Program-made: the position numbers and the translations under genes
Source of the DNA: Anthoceros angustus
Taxonomy: Eukaryota; Plantae; Anthocerotophyta
Assembly: GCA_010909165.1 (NCBI GenBank)
Contig: MU008160.1
Location: 744,001 to 808,000 of the forward strand
Length of the DNA: 64,000 bases
Reading direction: 5' to 3'
The notes under the pieces: generated by a model
The model's input: only the letters and a program-made list of their open reading frames with translations
The model's database searches: none
Told to the model about the DNA's origin: nothing
Shown: positions 12,639 to 26,486 of the stretch, piece by piece
How the letters are laid out: every line of letters starts with the position of its first letter
Position numbering within the stretch: the stretch's first letter is position 1

Positions 12639-15600
12639 ATGGCCAAAGTGTGGCAACCGGACCTGTTATGGACCCAACAAATTCGTTTGTGTTCAGGGAT
12701 TCTACAAGGAGATCCGGCTCACCTCACTTCAGGGAGTCAACTCCCGGCAAACAATCAGGCCTCCAGGTGCAGCAGTGTAAGGAGCCCAGCACTTCCCCTT
12801 CCGAGAACATGTGTGGGTGGGGACGGGGTTTTCAGTGATGGTCGTCGCCAGGAGCAGGAGCACTTGTGGCAACAACTTTTCGTGGAACCTACCATGTGGC
12901 GGGACAACAGACGGGATAAAAAGAGCTCCCGTTCGCCTGACTTCCGGCGTAAGGGGTCCGGCGAGGTCCTGTGGTTAAACAGCATGTTCAAGCCAGCTTG
13001 GGTTGATGAGCACCTGGTTACCTTGGATACGCAGATGGGTCATGGTGCCTTCCTTCCAAGTCGAGCTCTCGGATAAGCCTGAACCTGGGAGGCGTGCAGG
13101 ATCGGAAATGGGCGTCGTGGCTGGAACCGTGAGCATGTGTCAGCAGGGAAGCTTTCTGAGGCCGTCGGAGCCCTGGAATCTCTGGCGCAGACAGGCTCTG
13201 CTATTTCTCAGTCTCTGTTTTACACTGTGCTGAAGCTGTGTACAGCTCGGAAGAATTTGGGTGTGGGGCGACGCGTTCATGACCTGAGTGTTAAACTTGG
13301 GTACGAGTCGAATGCATATTTGGGGAACCACATCTTGCGCATGTATGCATTTGGGGGTAGGCTGAATGAGGCCATGGATGTGTTCACCAGGGTGGGCAAA
13401 CCAGATCCCTTCATGTGGTTTTCCATCATCTCTGCACATGCTAAACATGGGAAGCCTGAAGAGGCCATACAATTGTACCATGAGATGTGTAGTTCAGGAG
13501 TGAAGGCAAATGGTCACGTGTTTGTAGCTGCACTTCAGGCTTGTGCATTGGCCGCGGACTTGGAAACTGGCAGAAAAGTGCACTATGATGTGTTGCACAG
13601 TGGCATTCCTACCAACTTGTTTGTTGGCAACTGCCTGGTGGACATGTATGCAAAATGTGGCGAACTACAAGATGCACTCCTGGTTTTTGAAAGCATGGCC
13701 ACAAAGGATGTGGTGACATGGAATGCCCTGATTGCTGGGTATGCACAGCAAGGGCCAACAGGCGCTTGTTGTGTATGGACAAATGGAGCAGGAGGCCTGA
13801 TTGGCTAACCATGTTACTGCTTGCCTTCTGAAGGCCTGTGCAAGCACTGGTGCCTACAGAAGGGCAGGCAGCTGCACTCAGATTGTCAAAAGAGGACTGC
13901 TGGATGACATACTGGTGGGCAACTGCCTGGTGGACATGTATGCAAAATGTGGTGAACTGGAAGATGCACGCCAGGTTTTTGACAGCCACAAAGGATGTGG
14001 TGACATGGAATGCCCTGATTGCTGGGTATGCACAGCAAGGCTCACATGAGGCACTTGTTGTGTATGGACAAATGGAGCAGGAGGGCCTGATTTTGGCTGA
14101 CCATGTTACTTTTGCTTGCCTTCTGAAGGCCTGTGCAAGCACTGGTGCCTTACAGAAGGGCAGGCAGCTGCACTCACAGATTGTGGAAAGGACTGCTGGA
14201 TCGTTGGTGGGCAACTGCCTGGTGGACATGTATGCAAAATGTGGTGAACTGGAAGATGCACGCCAGGTTTTTGACAGCATGGCCACAAAGGATGTGGTGA
14301 CATGGAATGCTGATTGGGTATGCACAGCAAGGCCAAAAGTGTATGGACAAATGAGAGAGGGCCTGATTTTGGCTGACCATGTTACTTTTGCTTGCCTTCT
14401 GAAGGCCTGTGCAAGCACTGGTGCCTTACAGAAGGGCAGGCAGCTGCACTCACAGATTGTGAAAGAGGACTGATAACGTAGTGTGGCAACTGCCTGGTGG
14501 ACATGTATGCAAAATGTGGTGAACTGGAAGATGCACGCCAGGTTTTTGACAGCTTGGCCACAAAGGATGTGGTGACATGGACAGCGCTGATTGCTGGGTA
14601 TGCCCAGCAAGGGCTTGGACATGAAGCACTTGCTGTATATGGACAAATGGACCAGGAGGGCCTGATCGTGGCCAACGATGTTACTTTTGCTTGCCTTCTG
14701 AAGGCCTGTGGACTGGCTGGTGCCTTACAGATGGGCAGGCATCTGCACTCACAGATTGTTGAGAGAGGACTGCTGGATGTAGTGTTGGGCAACTGCTTGG
14801 TGGACATGTATGCAAAATGTGGTGAACTGGAAGATGCACGCCAGGTTTTTGACAGCATGGCCACAAAGGATGTGGTGACATGGAATGCCCTGATATCTGG
14901 GTATGGTACTTGTGATGAAGGTCACAGGCACTAGCTTGTTTTGAGGAGATGTTGCCGGTATTCAGCCTGATGCTACTTTTACTTGCCTTGCAGCATGCAG
15001 TCATGAGGGACTGGTCGACGAAGGTCGCAAGCACTTTGATTCCATGGCTGAACAGCACGGCATCAAACCTACTATTGAGCATTACATTTGCATGATTGAG
15101 CTTCTTGGGCGTGCAGGCCATTTAGATGAGGCAGAGAAGATGCTATTATCATGTGAGGGCCAAAGTAATTTTGTGGGCCTGACGTCTTTGTTGAATGCCT
15201 GCAAAAGTCACGGGGATATAGAGAGGGCGATGTGGTGTTTTGAAAGCATTGTGAAGCTGGACCCTCAGCGGGCGTCTTCTTATGTGCTCATGGCCAATGC
15301 GTACGCAGATGCAGGTAGGTGGGCCGATGTTGACAGGATTGAAACACAGAGAATGGTAGCAGGAGCTAACAAGAAACCTGCAGTGGCGACCATTGAGGTG
15401 AATAAGCTTGTACATAGATTTCTGGTAGGAGAAAAAAGAGAGGATATTGCGCAAATAGTGGAGAGCACGAATGCACGTCTGAAGCAGGAAGGAGGCCACT
15501 CCACACAAAGTTGGTGCCACTGTGTGTGAGAAGGAAAAGGAAGATGCGCTTTGTGGGCATGCTGAGAAGCTAGCTCTGGCGTTTGGTCTGTTGAACACTG

Positions 15601-15765
15601 AGTGGGACACCTCTGGTGGTAACGAAGAATCTACGCATGTGCAGTGACTGCCACAGTTCCACGGAGATCATGTCAAGGATTGAACAGAGAGACATTGTTG
15701 TAAGGGATGGGTACCGTGTGCATCGATTCGCAAATGGTTGTTGCAGTTGTAAGGGTCGACCCTGA
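12639..15765 (+). pseudogene. PDF-PLS-PPR-DYW:KP (GRP) gene with an expanded PLS array; frameshifted in this sequence
   Basis: ORFs 12639-13076 (PDF), 13137-13808, 13838-14473, 14497-14934 and 15044-15529; ends aagggtcgaccctga (KGRP*). Confidence 0.8.
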
Positions 15766-16014
15766 CAGTATGGCAGAACTAGCCAGTGCGCAAGTATGCA
15801 TCCCAGAGAATATTGCTTTGTTTTGGGTGGTGAACGTGCTTGCCTGCCTCCTTCCTTTCCAAACTGAAACAGGGACATAGATCGGCAACACTGATGTGCC
15901 TCTTCTCGCAATAGCGATCATCAAAATCGAATGAGTCTCCTCTCACACACAAGTACTGTGAAGACAAGGGAGAAGATAACAAGTGTATTATAGTCCACTT
16001 GGAGCGAGTTTTTC

Positions 16015-16200
16015 TGTCATGGCACTTGGTACTTAGCAATTTGCACCATGGTGTCTAAGCTACTTGCACCAAGGGCATCCTCGCCGTCTAGGCACCCCAT
16101 TTAAAGTTTCGATCCAAGCGGATGATGCCTATCAGCGGCGTTCTTAGCGTTCTTACAAATGTGTGTCCGTTTGGCCTAAGCCATGGCCATTTGGACCTAC
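16015..16200. repeat. Dispersed repeat (possible LTR fragment), also at ~52910-53090 and ~17685-17830
   Basis: Shared GTCATGG.ACTTGGTACTTA.CAA..TG.ACCATGGTGT.CTAAGCTACTTGC...CACCAAGGGCATCC...AGGCACCCCATTTAA. Confidence 0.55.
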
Positions 16201-16519
16201 ATCGACAGAAACTAGGCAGTCCCCGGCACCGAGTGTGTAGGTACGTCGTCTGTCACCCTTAGGTCTCCCAAAACGAAGCCCCACAAGGGATCAGTCCCCG
16301 TGGATTTCCTGGCTTCCATGCCTCAAACGAAGTCCTAGTCATACATGTATACTACACGCATGATGAACACGAGAGATGGGAAGCGGAGACCGGAAGGTGC
16401 GGGCTGTTCGGGTGCCTCGGAATCCTGGGTGGGTGATGAGAGCTGCGAGCCTGCCAGCACCGGAGACCGGAAGATGCAGGTTTCTCTCGGGTGCCTCGGA
16501 AATAGCGCCCAATGGTTCC

Positions 16520-16735
16520 CGTACTAAGAGCCTGTGTCTCTGAAAGAGGCCCAGCCTGCCATTCTGGGAGGACATCCCGATGATGTGATTGGCATGACAG
16601 AGCATGCAGGCACGCGCTCGCTACACTGACATCTTGTTGGGCTTCCTCTGCCATGCACCGTTTGAGGACATAGTAAAAGAGCGTATCGGAGACATGGCAT
16701 CCTCGCTGCTCCACGCTACCCAATCTAATTGGCAA
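16520..16735 (-). pseudogene. Relic PPR motif fragment (paralog of 12235-12477; duplicated again at ~18090-18280)
   Basis: VEQRGCHVSDTLFYYVLKRCMAEE. Confidence 0.5.
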
Positions 16736-16928
16736 GCATGTAAGAAGACCAAGAAGGATCTATTGTTCTGTTAGACTACGTTCCAATTGTTCTGTTTTGT
16801 GTCTTCTTGCCATGGGTAGCCAACAGAAAACCGTCTGCACTCGTCTTCAGGGTGGTGTGGTCATGCACAGCACCTGGACATCCAGCCACAGTCTGTTGTT
16901 GTACTCATTTTCCGACAGCGGCCACTGA

Positions 16929-17470
16929 ATGATGGCCACAATATGGCAACAGGAACCGTTGTGGGCCCAACCAATTGGTCTGTGTCCAGGGATACTACGA
17001 GGAGATCCTGCTCACCTCACTTTAGGGAGTCAGCACCCGGCAAACAACCAAGCCTCCAGGTGCAGCAGTGTAAGGAGCTCATCACTTCCACTTCCGGAAA
17101 AATGGATGGGTGGGGACTGGGTTTCCAACGATGGACGTCGCCAGGAGCAGGAGCACTTGTGGAAACAATTTTTTCTGGACCCTACTATGTGGTGGGACAC
17201 CAGGCAAGATAAGAAAAGCTCCCATTCGCCTGACTTCCGGCGTAGGGGATCCGGCGAGGTCCTGCGCTTAAACAACTCGTTTACGCCAGCTTGGGTTGAT
17301 GAGCAGCTCGTTTCCTTGGATGTGCAGATGGGTCATGGTGCTTCTCCTTCGAAGGGGAGCTTTCCGGATAACCCTGAACCTGGGAGGCGTGCAGAATTGG
17401 AAATGGGCGTCGTGACGGCTGCGACCGTGTGCATCGATTCGCAAAGCTTGTTGCAGTTGTCGACCTTGAC
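16929..17470 (+). pseudogene. PDF-PPR gene 5' fragment fused by microhomology to a DYW tail
   Basis: LWKQFFLDPTMWWDTRQDKKSSHSPDFRRRGSGEVLRL; at ~17424 it switches (ACCGTG.GCAT) into a copy of 15713 onward. Confidence 0.7.
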
Positions 17471-18448
17471 AGTATGGCAGAACTAGCCAGAAGATGCATC
17501 CCAGAGTGTTTTGTTTTGGGTGAACGTGCTTGCCTGCTCCCTTCCTTTCCAAACTGAAATAGGACATAGATCGGCAACACTGATGTGCTCTAATAGCGAT
17601 CATCAAAATCGAATGAGTCTCCCCTCACACACATACTGTGAAGATAAGGGAGAAGATGTGTATTATAGTCCACTTGGAGCGATCTGTCATGGCACGGACT
17701 TAGCAGGCACCATGTGAAGCTACTTGCACAATGGCATCGCCGTCTAGGCAATTTAAAGTTTGATCCAAGTGGATGATGTATCAGCGGCTTAGTTCTTAAA
17801 ATGTGTGTGGGGCAAGCCACCATTTGGACCTACATCGAGAAACTAGGCAGTTGGCACCGAGTGTGTAGAATGTCGTCTGTCATTAGTCTAAAATGAAGCC
17901 TGAAGGATCATGGATTTCCTGGTATGTCAAACGAAGTCTAGTCATACATGTATACTACACGCATGTGAACATGAGAGAAGAGACCAATGGGCTGCTGGGT
18001 GCCTCAACTGTGGGTGATGAGCTGTAGCACAGCACCGGAGACCGAAGATGCAGGTTTCTGGGTGCCCTCATGCGCCCATGGTTCCTGCACAAGAGCCTGT
18101 GTCTCTGAAAGAGGCCCGCCATTCTGGGAGGACATCCCGATGATGTGATTGGCACCAGAGCATGCAGGCACGCGCTCCACACTGTCTTGTTGGGTCTGCC
18201 ATGCATCGTTTGAGGACATAGTAAAAGAGCGTATGGAGACATCATCCCTGCTGCACACTACCCAATCTTTGGCAAGCATGTAAGAAGACCAAGAAGGACT
18301 ATTGCTGTTAGACTACGTTCCAATTGTCTGTTTTGTGTCTTATGGTACAACAGACCGTCTGCACTGTCTTCAGGGTGGTGTGGTCATGCACAGCACCTGC
18401 ATCCAGCCACAGTCTGTTGTTGTACTCATCTTCCGACAGCGGCCCTGA

Positions 18449-21400
18449 ATGATGGCCACACATGGCAATGGACCGTTGTGGACCAAATTGGTGTGTCCAG
18501 GGATTCTACGAGGAGATCCCGCTACCTCACTTTAGGGAGTCAGCACCCGCAAACAAGCCTCCAGGTGCAGCAGTGTAGGAGCCACACCCACTTCAAAAAT
18601 GGACGGTGGGGGACGGGTTTCCAACGATGGACGTCGCCAGGAGCAGGAGCACTTGTGGCAATTTTTTCTGGACCCTACCATGTGGTGGGACAACAGACGA
18701 GATAAGAAGAGCTTCGCCTGACTTCCGGCGGGGTCCGGCGAGGTCCTGTGGTTAAACAACGTTTGCCAGCTTGGGTTGATGAGCAGCCTGTTTGGATATG
18801 CAGATGTGGTGCCTCTCCTTCCAAGTCGAGCTCCGGATAAGCCTGAACCTGGGAGGCGTGCAGGATCGGAAATGGGCGTCGTAACGGCTGGAACCGTGAG
18901 CATTATGTCAGCAGGGAAGCTTTCTGAGGCCGTTGGAGCCCTGGAATCTCTGGCGCAGACAGACTGCTATTTCTCAGTCTCTGTTTTACAGTGCTAAAAC
19001 TGTGTACAGCTAAGAAGGATTTTGGGGCGACGAGTTCATGATCTCTGTCAAACTTGGGTACGAGTCGAATGCATACTTGGGGAACCATATCTTGCGCATG
19101 TATGCATCTGGAGGTAGGCTAGAGGAGGCCATGGATGTTCACCAGGTGGGCAAACCAGATGCCTTCATGTGGTTTTCCATAATCTCTGCATATGCTAAGC
19201 ATGGGAAACCTAAGAGGCCATACAACTGTACCATGAGATGCGTAGGTGGGAGAGTGAAGGTCACGTCTTTGTAGCCCTTCAAGCTTGCCGACTTGGAATC
19301 TGGCAGAAAGTGCACTGTGATGTGTTGCACAGTGGCATTCCTCTAACTTGTTTGTTGGCAACTCTGGTGGACATGTATGCAAAATGTGGAACTGAAAGAT
19401 GCGCCAGGTTTTTGAAAGCATCTGGATGGTGACATGGACTGATGTTGCACAGCAAGGGCTCAGCCAAGAGGCACTTGTGTATGGACAAATGGAGCAGGAG
19501 GGCTCATTTTGGCTGACCATACTTTTGCTTGCCTTCTGAAGGCCTGTGCAAGCATGGTGCCTGACGGGGCAGCTGCACTCACAGATTGTGAGAGACGGAT
19601 ACTGGTGTCTGCCTGGTGGACATGTATGCAAAATGAACTGGAAGATGCACGCCAGGTTTTTGACAGCATGGCCACAAAGGATGTGGTGACATGGAATGCC
19701 CTGATTGCTGGGTATGCACAGCAAGGGTTCGGACATGAGGCGCTTGTTGTATGGACAAATGGAGCAGGAGGCCTGATTTTGGCTGACCATGTTACTTTTG
19801 CTTGCCTTCTGAAGGCCTGTGCAAGCTGGTGCCTTACAGAAGGGCAGGCAGCTGCACTCACAGATTGTGGAAAGAGGACTGCTGGATAACATACTGGTGG
19901 GCAACTGCCTGGTGGACATGTATGCAAAATGTGGTGAACTGGAAGATGCACAGGTTTTTGACAACTTGGCCACAAAGGATGTGGTGACATGGAATGCCCT
20001 GATTGCTGGGTATGCACAGCAAGGACTGGGCCAAGAGGCTTGTTCTGTATGGACAAATGGAGGAGGGCGTGGCTAACCATGTTACTTTTGCTTTCTGAAG
20101 GCCTGTGCAAGCACTGGTGCCTTACAGAAGGGCAGGCAGCTGCACTCACAGATTGTCAAAAGAGGACTGCTGGATAACGTAGTGTGGGCAACTGCCTGGT
20201 GGACATGTATGCAAAATGTGGTGAACTGGAAGATGCACGCCAGGTTTTTGACAGCCACAAAGGATGTGGTGACATGGAATGCCCTGATTGCTGGGTATGC
20301 ACAGCAAGGACTGGCCAAGAGGCGCTTGTTGTGTATGGACAAATGGAGCAGGAGGGCCTGATTTTGGCTGACCATGTTACCTTGCCTTCTGAAGGCCTGT
20401 GCAAGCACTGGTGCCTTACAGAAGGGCAGGCAGCTGCACTCACAGATTGTTGAAAGAGGACTGCTGGATACGTAGTTGGGCAACTGCCTGGTGGACATGT
20501 ATGCAAAATGTGGTGAACTGGAAGATGCACGCCAGGTTTTTGACAGCATGGCCACAAAGGATGTGGTGACATGGAATGCCCTGATATCTGGGTATGGTAC
20601 TTGTGATGAAGGTCACAAGGCACTAGCTTGTTTTGAGGATGTTAGTTGCCGGTATTCAGCCTAATGATGCTACTTACTTGCCTTTAGTAGCATGCAGTCA
20701 TGAGGACTGGTCCACGAGGGTCAAGCACTTTGATTCCATGGCTGAACAGCATGGCATCAAACCTACTATTGAGCATTACATTGCATGATTGATCTTCTTG
20801 GGCGTGCAGGCCATTTAGATGAGGCAGAGAAGATGCTATTATCATGTGAGGGCCAAAGTAATGTTGTGGGCTTGACGTCTTTGTTGAATGCCTGCAAAAG
20901 TCACGGGGATATAGAGGGCGATGTGGTGTTTTGAAAGCATTGTTAGGCTGGACCTCAGGGGCGTCTGCGCATGTGCTCATGGCCAATGCCTATGCAGATG
21001 CAGGTAGGTGGACCGATGTGGACATGTATGCAAATGAAACTGAAAGATGCGCCAGGTTTTGCATGGCCAAAAAGGATGGGACATGGACACGCTGATTGCT
21101 GGGTATGCAAGGGCTCAGCCAAGAGGCACTTGTTGTGTATGACAATGGAGCAGGAGGGCTCATTGTTGTGAACCATGTTACTGCTTGCCTTCTGAAGGCT
21201 TGTGCAAGCACTGGTGCCACAGAAGGGCAGGCAGCTGCACTGATGTAAAGAGGACTGCTGGAACGTACTGGTGGGCACCTGCCTGGTGGACATGTATGCA
21301 AAATGTAGTGAACTGGGAGATGCACGGCGTGTTTTTGACAGGCCACAAAAAATATGGTAACATGGACGGCCCTGCTTGCTGGGTATGCTCAGCAAGGGTT

Positions 21401-23134
21401 CGGACATGAGGCACTTGTTGTCTATGGACAAATGGAGGAGGAGGGCCTGATTTTAGCTGACCACATTACTTTTGCTTGCCTTCTAAAGGCCTGTGCAAGT
21501 GCTGGCGCCTTACAGAAGGGCAGGCATCTGCACTCACAGATTGTGGAACGAGGACAGCTAGACAACATACTGGTGGGCAACTGCCTGGTGGACATGTATG
21601 CGAAATGTGGTGAACTGGAAGATGCACAACATGTTTTTGACAGCCGACAAAGGATGTGGTAACATGGACGCCCTGATTGCTGGGTATGCAGCAAGGCTGG
21701 ACAGAGGCACTTGTTTTATATGGACAAATGGAGCAGGAGGGCCTCATTTGGCTAACCATGTTACTTTTGCTTGCCTTCTGAAGGCCTGTGCAAGCACTGG
21801 TGCCTTAGAAGGGCAGGCAGCTGCACTCACAGATTGTGAAGAGGACTGCTGGATAACAGTGGTGGGCAACTGCCTGGTGGACATGTATGCAAAATGTGGT
21901 GAACTGGAAGATGCACGCCAGGTTTTTGACAGCTGTACAAAGGATGTGGTGACATGGAATGCCCTGATATCTGGGTATGCACAGCAAGGACTCGGCCAAG
22001 AGGCGCTTGTTGTGTTTGGACAAATGGAGCAAGAGGGGCTGATTTTGGCTAACCAGGTTACGTTCGCTTGCCTTCTGAAGGCCTGTGCAAGCTCTGGTGC
22101 CTTACAGAAGGGCAGGCAGCTGCACTCACAGATTGTTGAAAGAGGACTGCTGGATGACGTAGCATTGGGCAACTGCCTGGTGGACATGTATGCAAAATGT
22201 GGTGAACTGGAAGATGCACGCCAGGTTTTTGACAGCTTGGCCACAAAAGATGTGGTGACATGGACCGCCCTGATATCTGGGTATGGTAATTGTGATGAAG
22301 GTCACAAGGCACTGACTTGTTTTGAGGATATGTTAGTTGCTGGTATCCAGCCTAATGATACAACTTTTACTTGCCTTTTGGTAGCATGCAGTCATGAGGG
22401 ACTGGTCCAGGAGGGTCGCAAGTACTTTGATTCCATGGCTGAACAGCATGGCATCAAACCTACTATGAACATTACACTTGTATGATTGATCTTCTTGGGC
22501 TGCAGGCCATTTAGATGAGGCAGAGAAGATGCTTTATCATGTGAGGCCAAAGTAATGTTGTGGTTGACGTCTTTGTTGAATGCCTGCAAAAGTCACGGGG
22601 ATATAGAGAGGGCGTTGTGGTGTTTTGAAAGCATTGTTAGGCTGGACCTCAGTCTGCGCATGTGCTCATGGCCAATGCCTATGCAGATGCAGGTGGAGCG
22701 ATGTAGACAGGATTGAAACAGAGAATGGTAGCAGGAGCTAACAAGAAACCTGCAGTGGCGACCATTGAGGTGAAGCAGGTACATAGATTTGGGAGAGAAG
22801 AGAGATATTGCGCTTAAGGTAGAGAGCACGAATGCACTTCTAAAGCAGGAAGGAGGTCATGTACCTCACACAAAGTTGGTGTTGAAGCCACTGTGTGAGA
22901 AGGAAAAGGAAGATGCGCTTTGTGGGCATGCTGAGAAGCTAGCTCTGGCGTTTGGTCTCTTGAACACTGAGTGGGACACCTCTGGTGGTAACGAAGAATC
23001 TACGCATGTGCAGTGACTGCCATAGTTCCACAGAGATCATGTCAAGGCTTGAACAGAGAGACATTGTCGTAAGGGATGGGTACCGTGTGCATCGGTTTGC
23101 AAATGGTTGTTGCAGTTGTAAGGATCGACCATGA
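18449..23134 (+). pseudogene. PDF-PLS-PPR-DYW:KP gene with an internal ~1.65-kb duplication; C-terminus reads KDRP
   Basis: PDF region ~18640-18780, many PLS triplets, junction ~21018, ORFs 21598-22485 and 22789-23016 (GHAEKLALAFG); ends aaggatcgaccatga. Confidence 0.75.
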
Positions 23135-24731
23135 GAAGGAGAACTTCCCAGTGCCCAAGTGTGTACGCCAGGGAATATTCATTTCTTCAGAGGGGTGAAT
23201 ATCGCCATCCCTGTCGACACTGAGACAGCCAAATATGGCCCTACAACGCTGAATGTGTCTCCTCTTGTGCATTGCTACTGTAAGGAAGGGCTGATTGCAG
23301 GCGACAGTGCAACCTTTATGTTTCTAACTTCACATCTGAGATTCTGGGGAAGAGATCTGAGTGAAGGGAAGGAGATGTCTCATGGCAATATGGCATGTCA
23401 GAACCTTTTGGCGAGGCCCTCGCGTGTACACACATGTGCATACATTTGTAGTGTAAAGGACCTGGCCTGTAGCGTACATTTCAGATGCAACATGTTATTC
23501 ACTTGTGTCGGTAGGGTTTTTAGGTGCACATGTTGTGGCCTTGTGGCGATGGGGACCGGCCGTGTTTTTCAGTCGGGTCCTCAAGCGTACCCTCTTCGTG
23601 CTCGTGTTTGTTGTGGTGAGCGCAGCGATGGACACAATTCTGCCAATGTTGGTGGTACCCAGTCATTGCTGCACTTCCCAATCGACTTCTGAGAATGCCA
23701 GATTCTTATTGCCTTGCATGTGATTTGGTAACCCAAGAAAGACAGGCCACAAATATGGAATTGCAACAACCACCGTAACTACCTTTCCAGCGCCACTAGA
23801 GTTAGATTTATTCATATCCATTTCTTTCTCGCCTGCTGGATCTGGACTCTTCCGAGTGGAGTGGGCGGCTTGGTTCGACGTCGCCTTCCAGCTCGATCGC
23901 ACCACACGCAGCGGCAGGCGGTTCCTGCACCAGAAAGAAACAAGTGGGCTCAGCCACGGTGCCCGCTTTCATTGCCGATGCTCATGTCGTGTTGATGACA
24001 AACACCTGGGTATATCACTCACCATTTCGTCGCAAGCATGGACTTCTGTTGCAAACCAGAGAACGAGGGCATGGAAGCAACCAGGTCAGAGCTGCGGGAC
24101 AGACGGGGACGGATTGGTGCATAATTTTTTGGTTAGAGATATGAAGCATCCCCAAGAGTGAAGCAGCGCTGAGACACTTGACTTCCAAAATGAAGGATTT
24201 CCAACATCTGGGCTCGTCACCGCCACTCACATTTGATGATGGCATGCTTTGTTTGCACACAACGAGAAACTGGGTATAACCTGTACCGTATTTGAAAGCA
24301 GTCAGCCCGTGGTAATAATCTGAAAAATCTGCGGGCCTGTGTTGCTATGTCAAACTGCCACCGTGGTATACAAGGACGTGGAGAGGGAAACTCTAATTTG
24401 CTCTACCTTACATTTGTACAAGGATGCATGCTCCTGTAGTAGGTAGTGGTAGCGCACCCTAGACGTTCGCTGGCGGATGAGAAACCGGCTTACTCCTGAG
24501 AAGCTCCCCTGTAGAATAACAGGGCATTCAAGGCCAGCTTCACTCTCTCATCTCGAACAACAGATTCTACCATAAGTGCCTGGCTGTGCAGCATCTGAGG
24601 AGTGCTCTTCAAGGCAGGCAACAGCTTGAAGTCCAAGCAACTGGTCCGGTAGGCATCGACATGGGAATCTCATCCCATTAGATGTACATAAATAGAGGAT
24701 TCAGTTGTGATCTGACGGCTGGAGATTGCTG

Positions 24732-26486
24732 TCACACTTTCTGGGATGTGGGAAATGCCATAGCCACTCCTTGTCCCTCTCTGTACTTCCATTGGGACGT
24801 AACAGTCTTTATCTGTGTGTAAAAGTTCACTCCTGCCTTCCCATAGAAGTTGAGGTCCCCTGCGAAGGAAGCTTTTGATCCCGTGAAGGAGAAAAAGGGC
24901 AATGGTACGGGGATGGGCACGTTGATGCCCACCTGCCCCACCTCAATCTCATGCTGAAAGGTTCTGGCGGCCACCCCCGAGTTGGTGAAGATGGCAGTGC
25001 CATTGCCGTACCTGTTGGTATTGATAAGCTCGATGGCATCCCTCAAACTGCTTACCTGCAGGCACACCAGAACTGGACCAAAAATCTCCTCCTGGTAGCA
25101 TGCCATGTCAGTTTTCACATCAGCGAGGATGGTAGGACCTATGAAGTTGCCTTTCTCATAGCCATCCACTTGAAGGTTGCGGCCATCCAGAACGAGCCTG
25201 GCACTGCTTCTCCCGCTCTCGATGAGGGACAGGATTCGTTCCTTAGCTTGCTTGCTGATCACCGGTCCAAGGTCTGCACCATCCTCCGTCCCGGCATTCA
25301 CCTTCAGCAACCTGGCCTTCTCCTTCAGCTTCTCTTCCCAGGGCTTGGAATCACCCACGAACACGGCAGTAGAGATGGCCATGCACCTCTGTCCAGCTGC
25401 CCCGAACGCAGCTCCTACAAGGGCATTTACCGTGCTCTCCGGACTAGCATCCGGCATGATGACAGCATGGTTCTTGGCCCCATGTTGCACTGCACACGCT
25501 TCCCTGGCAGATGCCCGCTGGTAGATGTGCATCCGGCCACATCCGAGCCCACAAAGGAGATGGCCTTGATGTCCGGGTGGTCGCACATGGCATCCACAAC
25601 CCCGTGGGTGCCGTGCACAATATTCAGAACCCCAGGTGGCAGCCCGGCCTCCGACACCAGCTCTGCCAGCATCGCAGCCCCTGGGTCCTTCTCGAAGGCT
25701 TCAGGATAAATGTGTTCCCGCAAGTGACTGCAAAGGAACATCCACAGCGGAATCATAGCCGGAAAATTGAAAGGGCAAATCCTGCACACTCCCAATGGCT
25801 GCCTGATGCTGTACGTGTCTATCCCGCTGGACACGTTCTCCACAAACTCCCCATCTGAAAATTGGCCATGGCTGCCGCCTGCTCCACCACTTCCAGCCCT
25901 CGGAACACATCCTCAGCATCCGCAAGAGTCTTCCCCTGCTCCAGAGTCACGATCCTGGCCAGCTTCTCCATGTCCCGCCGGATCAATTCCTGGAACTTGA
26001 GCATCACCTCTGCCGGGAGGTCACAGGAGTGTCCCTCCACTTAGGTAAGCCATCTGGCAGCTACCACGGCCGCATCAAACCTGCAGAAGTGGTGAGGGGA
26101 ACTTGGGACACGCTCTCCTGAGTAGCAGGATTGACCACATGGATCCACTCATCGGAGCGGGAGTCGATGAATTCCCCGCCGATGAACAACTTCACCTTGG
26201 GAGGAGAAGATGCCGCACTCTCAGGACTCTCTTGAAGGGCAGCTCCTCCGGAACAAAATCTGGTCAACAGTAGAGGAGGGAAGGTGGAAAAGGAGGACAC
26301 GGAAGGAGCAGAAGATGCGAGGCTCCTCCTGCTCCATAAGCCTATTTCCCTGCCACCATCTCCACCCGTTGCTGCAGAAGCCTCTGCCGCTACCACTCTC
26401 CAGGAATAGAACCGATTCAGAGCAGATCGGTGACGGAGGCTCCTTCCCCGGCTCACCGCCCGCCACAATTGCCTTGCTGCAGGCAT
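24732..26486 (-). CDS. ALDH6B: Methylmalonate-semialdehyde dehydrogenase (ALDH family 6), mitochondrial-type, apparently intronless, with several frameshifts in this sequence
   Basis: R/S-rich presequence; [19 protein letters not shown]-like [27 protein letters not shown], catalytic [40 protein letters not shown]; ends AFPTSQKV. About 1755 bp covers the full protein. Confidence 0.9.

Noticed and set aside
13600-14900. Regularly spaced near-identical repeats resembling a CRISPR array
   Set aside because: These are coding 306-bp PLS units without unique spacers; the context is eukaryotic and there are no cas genes.
7786-23134. Treating all frameshifted copies as true pseudogenes or programmed frameshifts
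   Set aside because: The indels are mostly 1-3 bp deletions, often in short homopolymers, and also hit the conserved ALDH6 gene. This pattern is typical of noisy long-read consensus, so status is unresolved.
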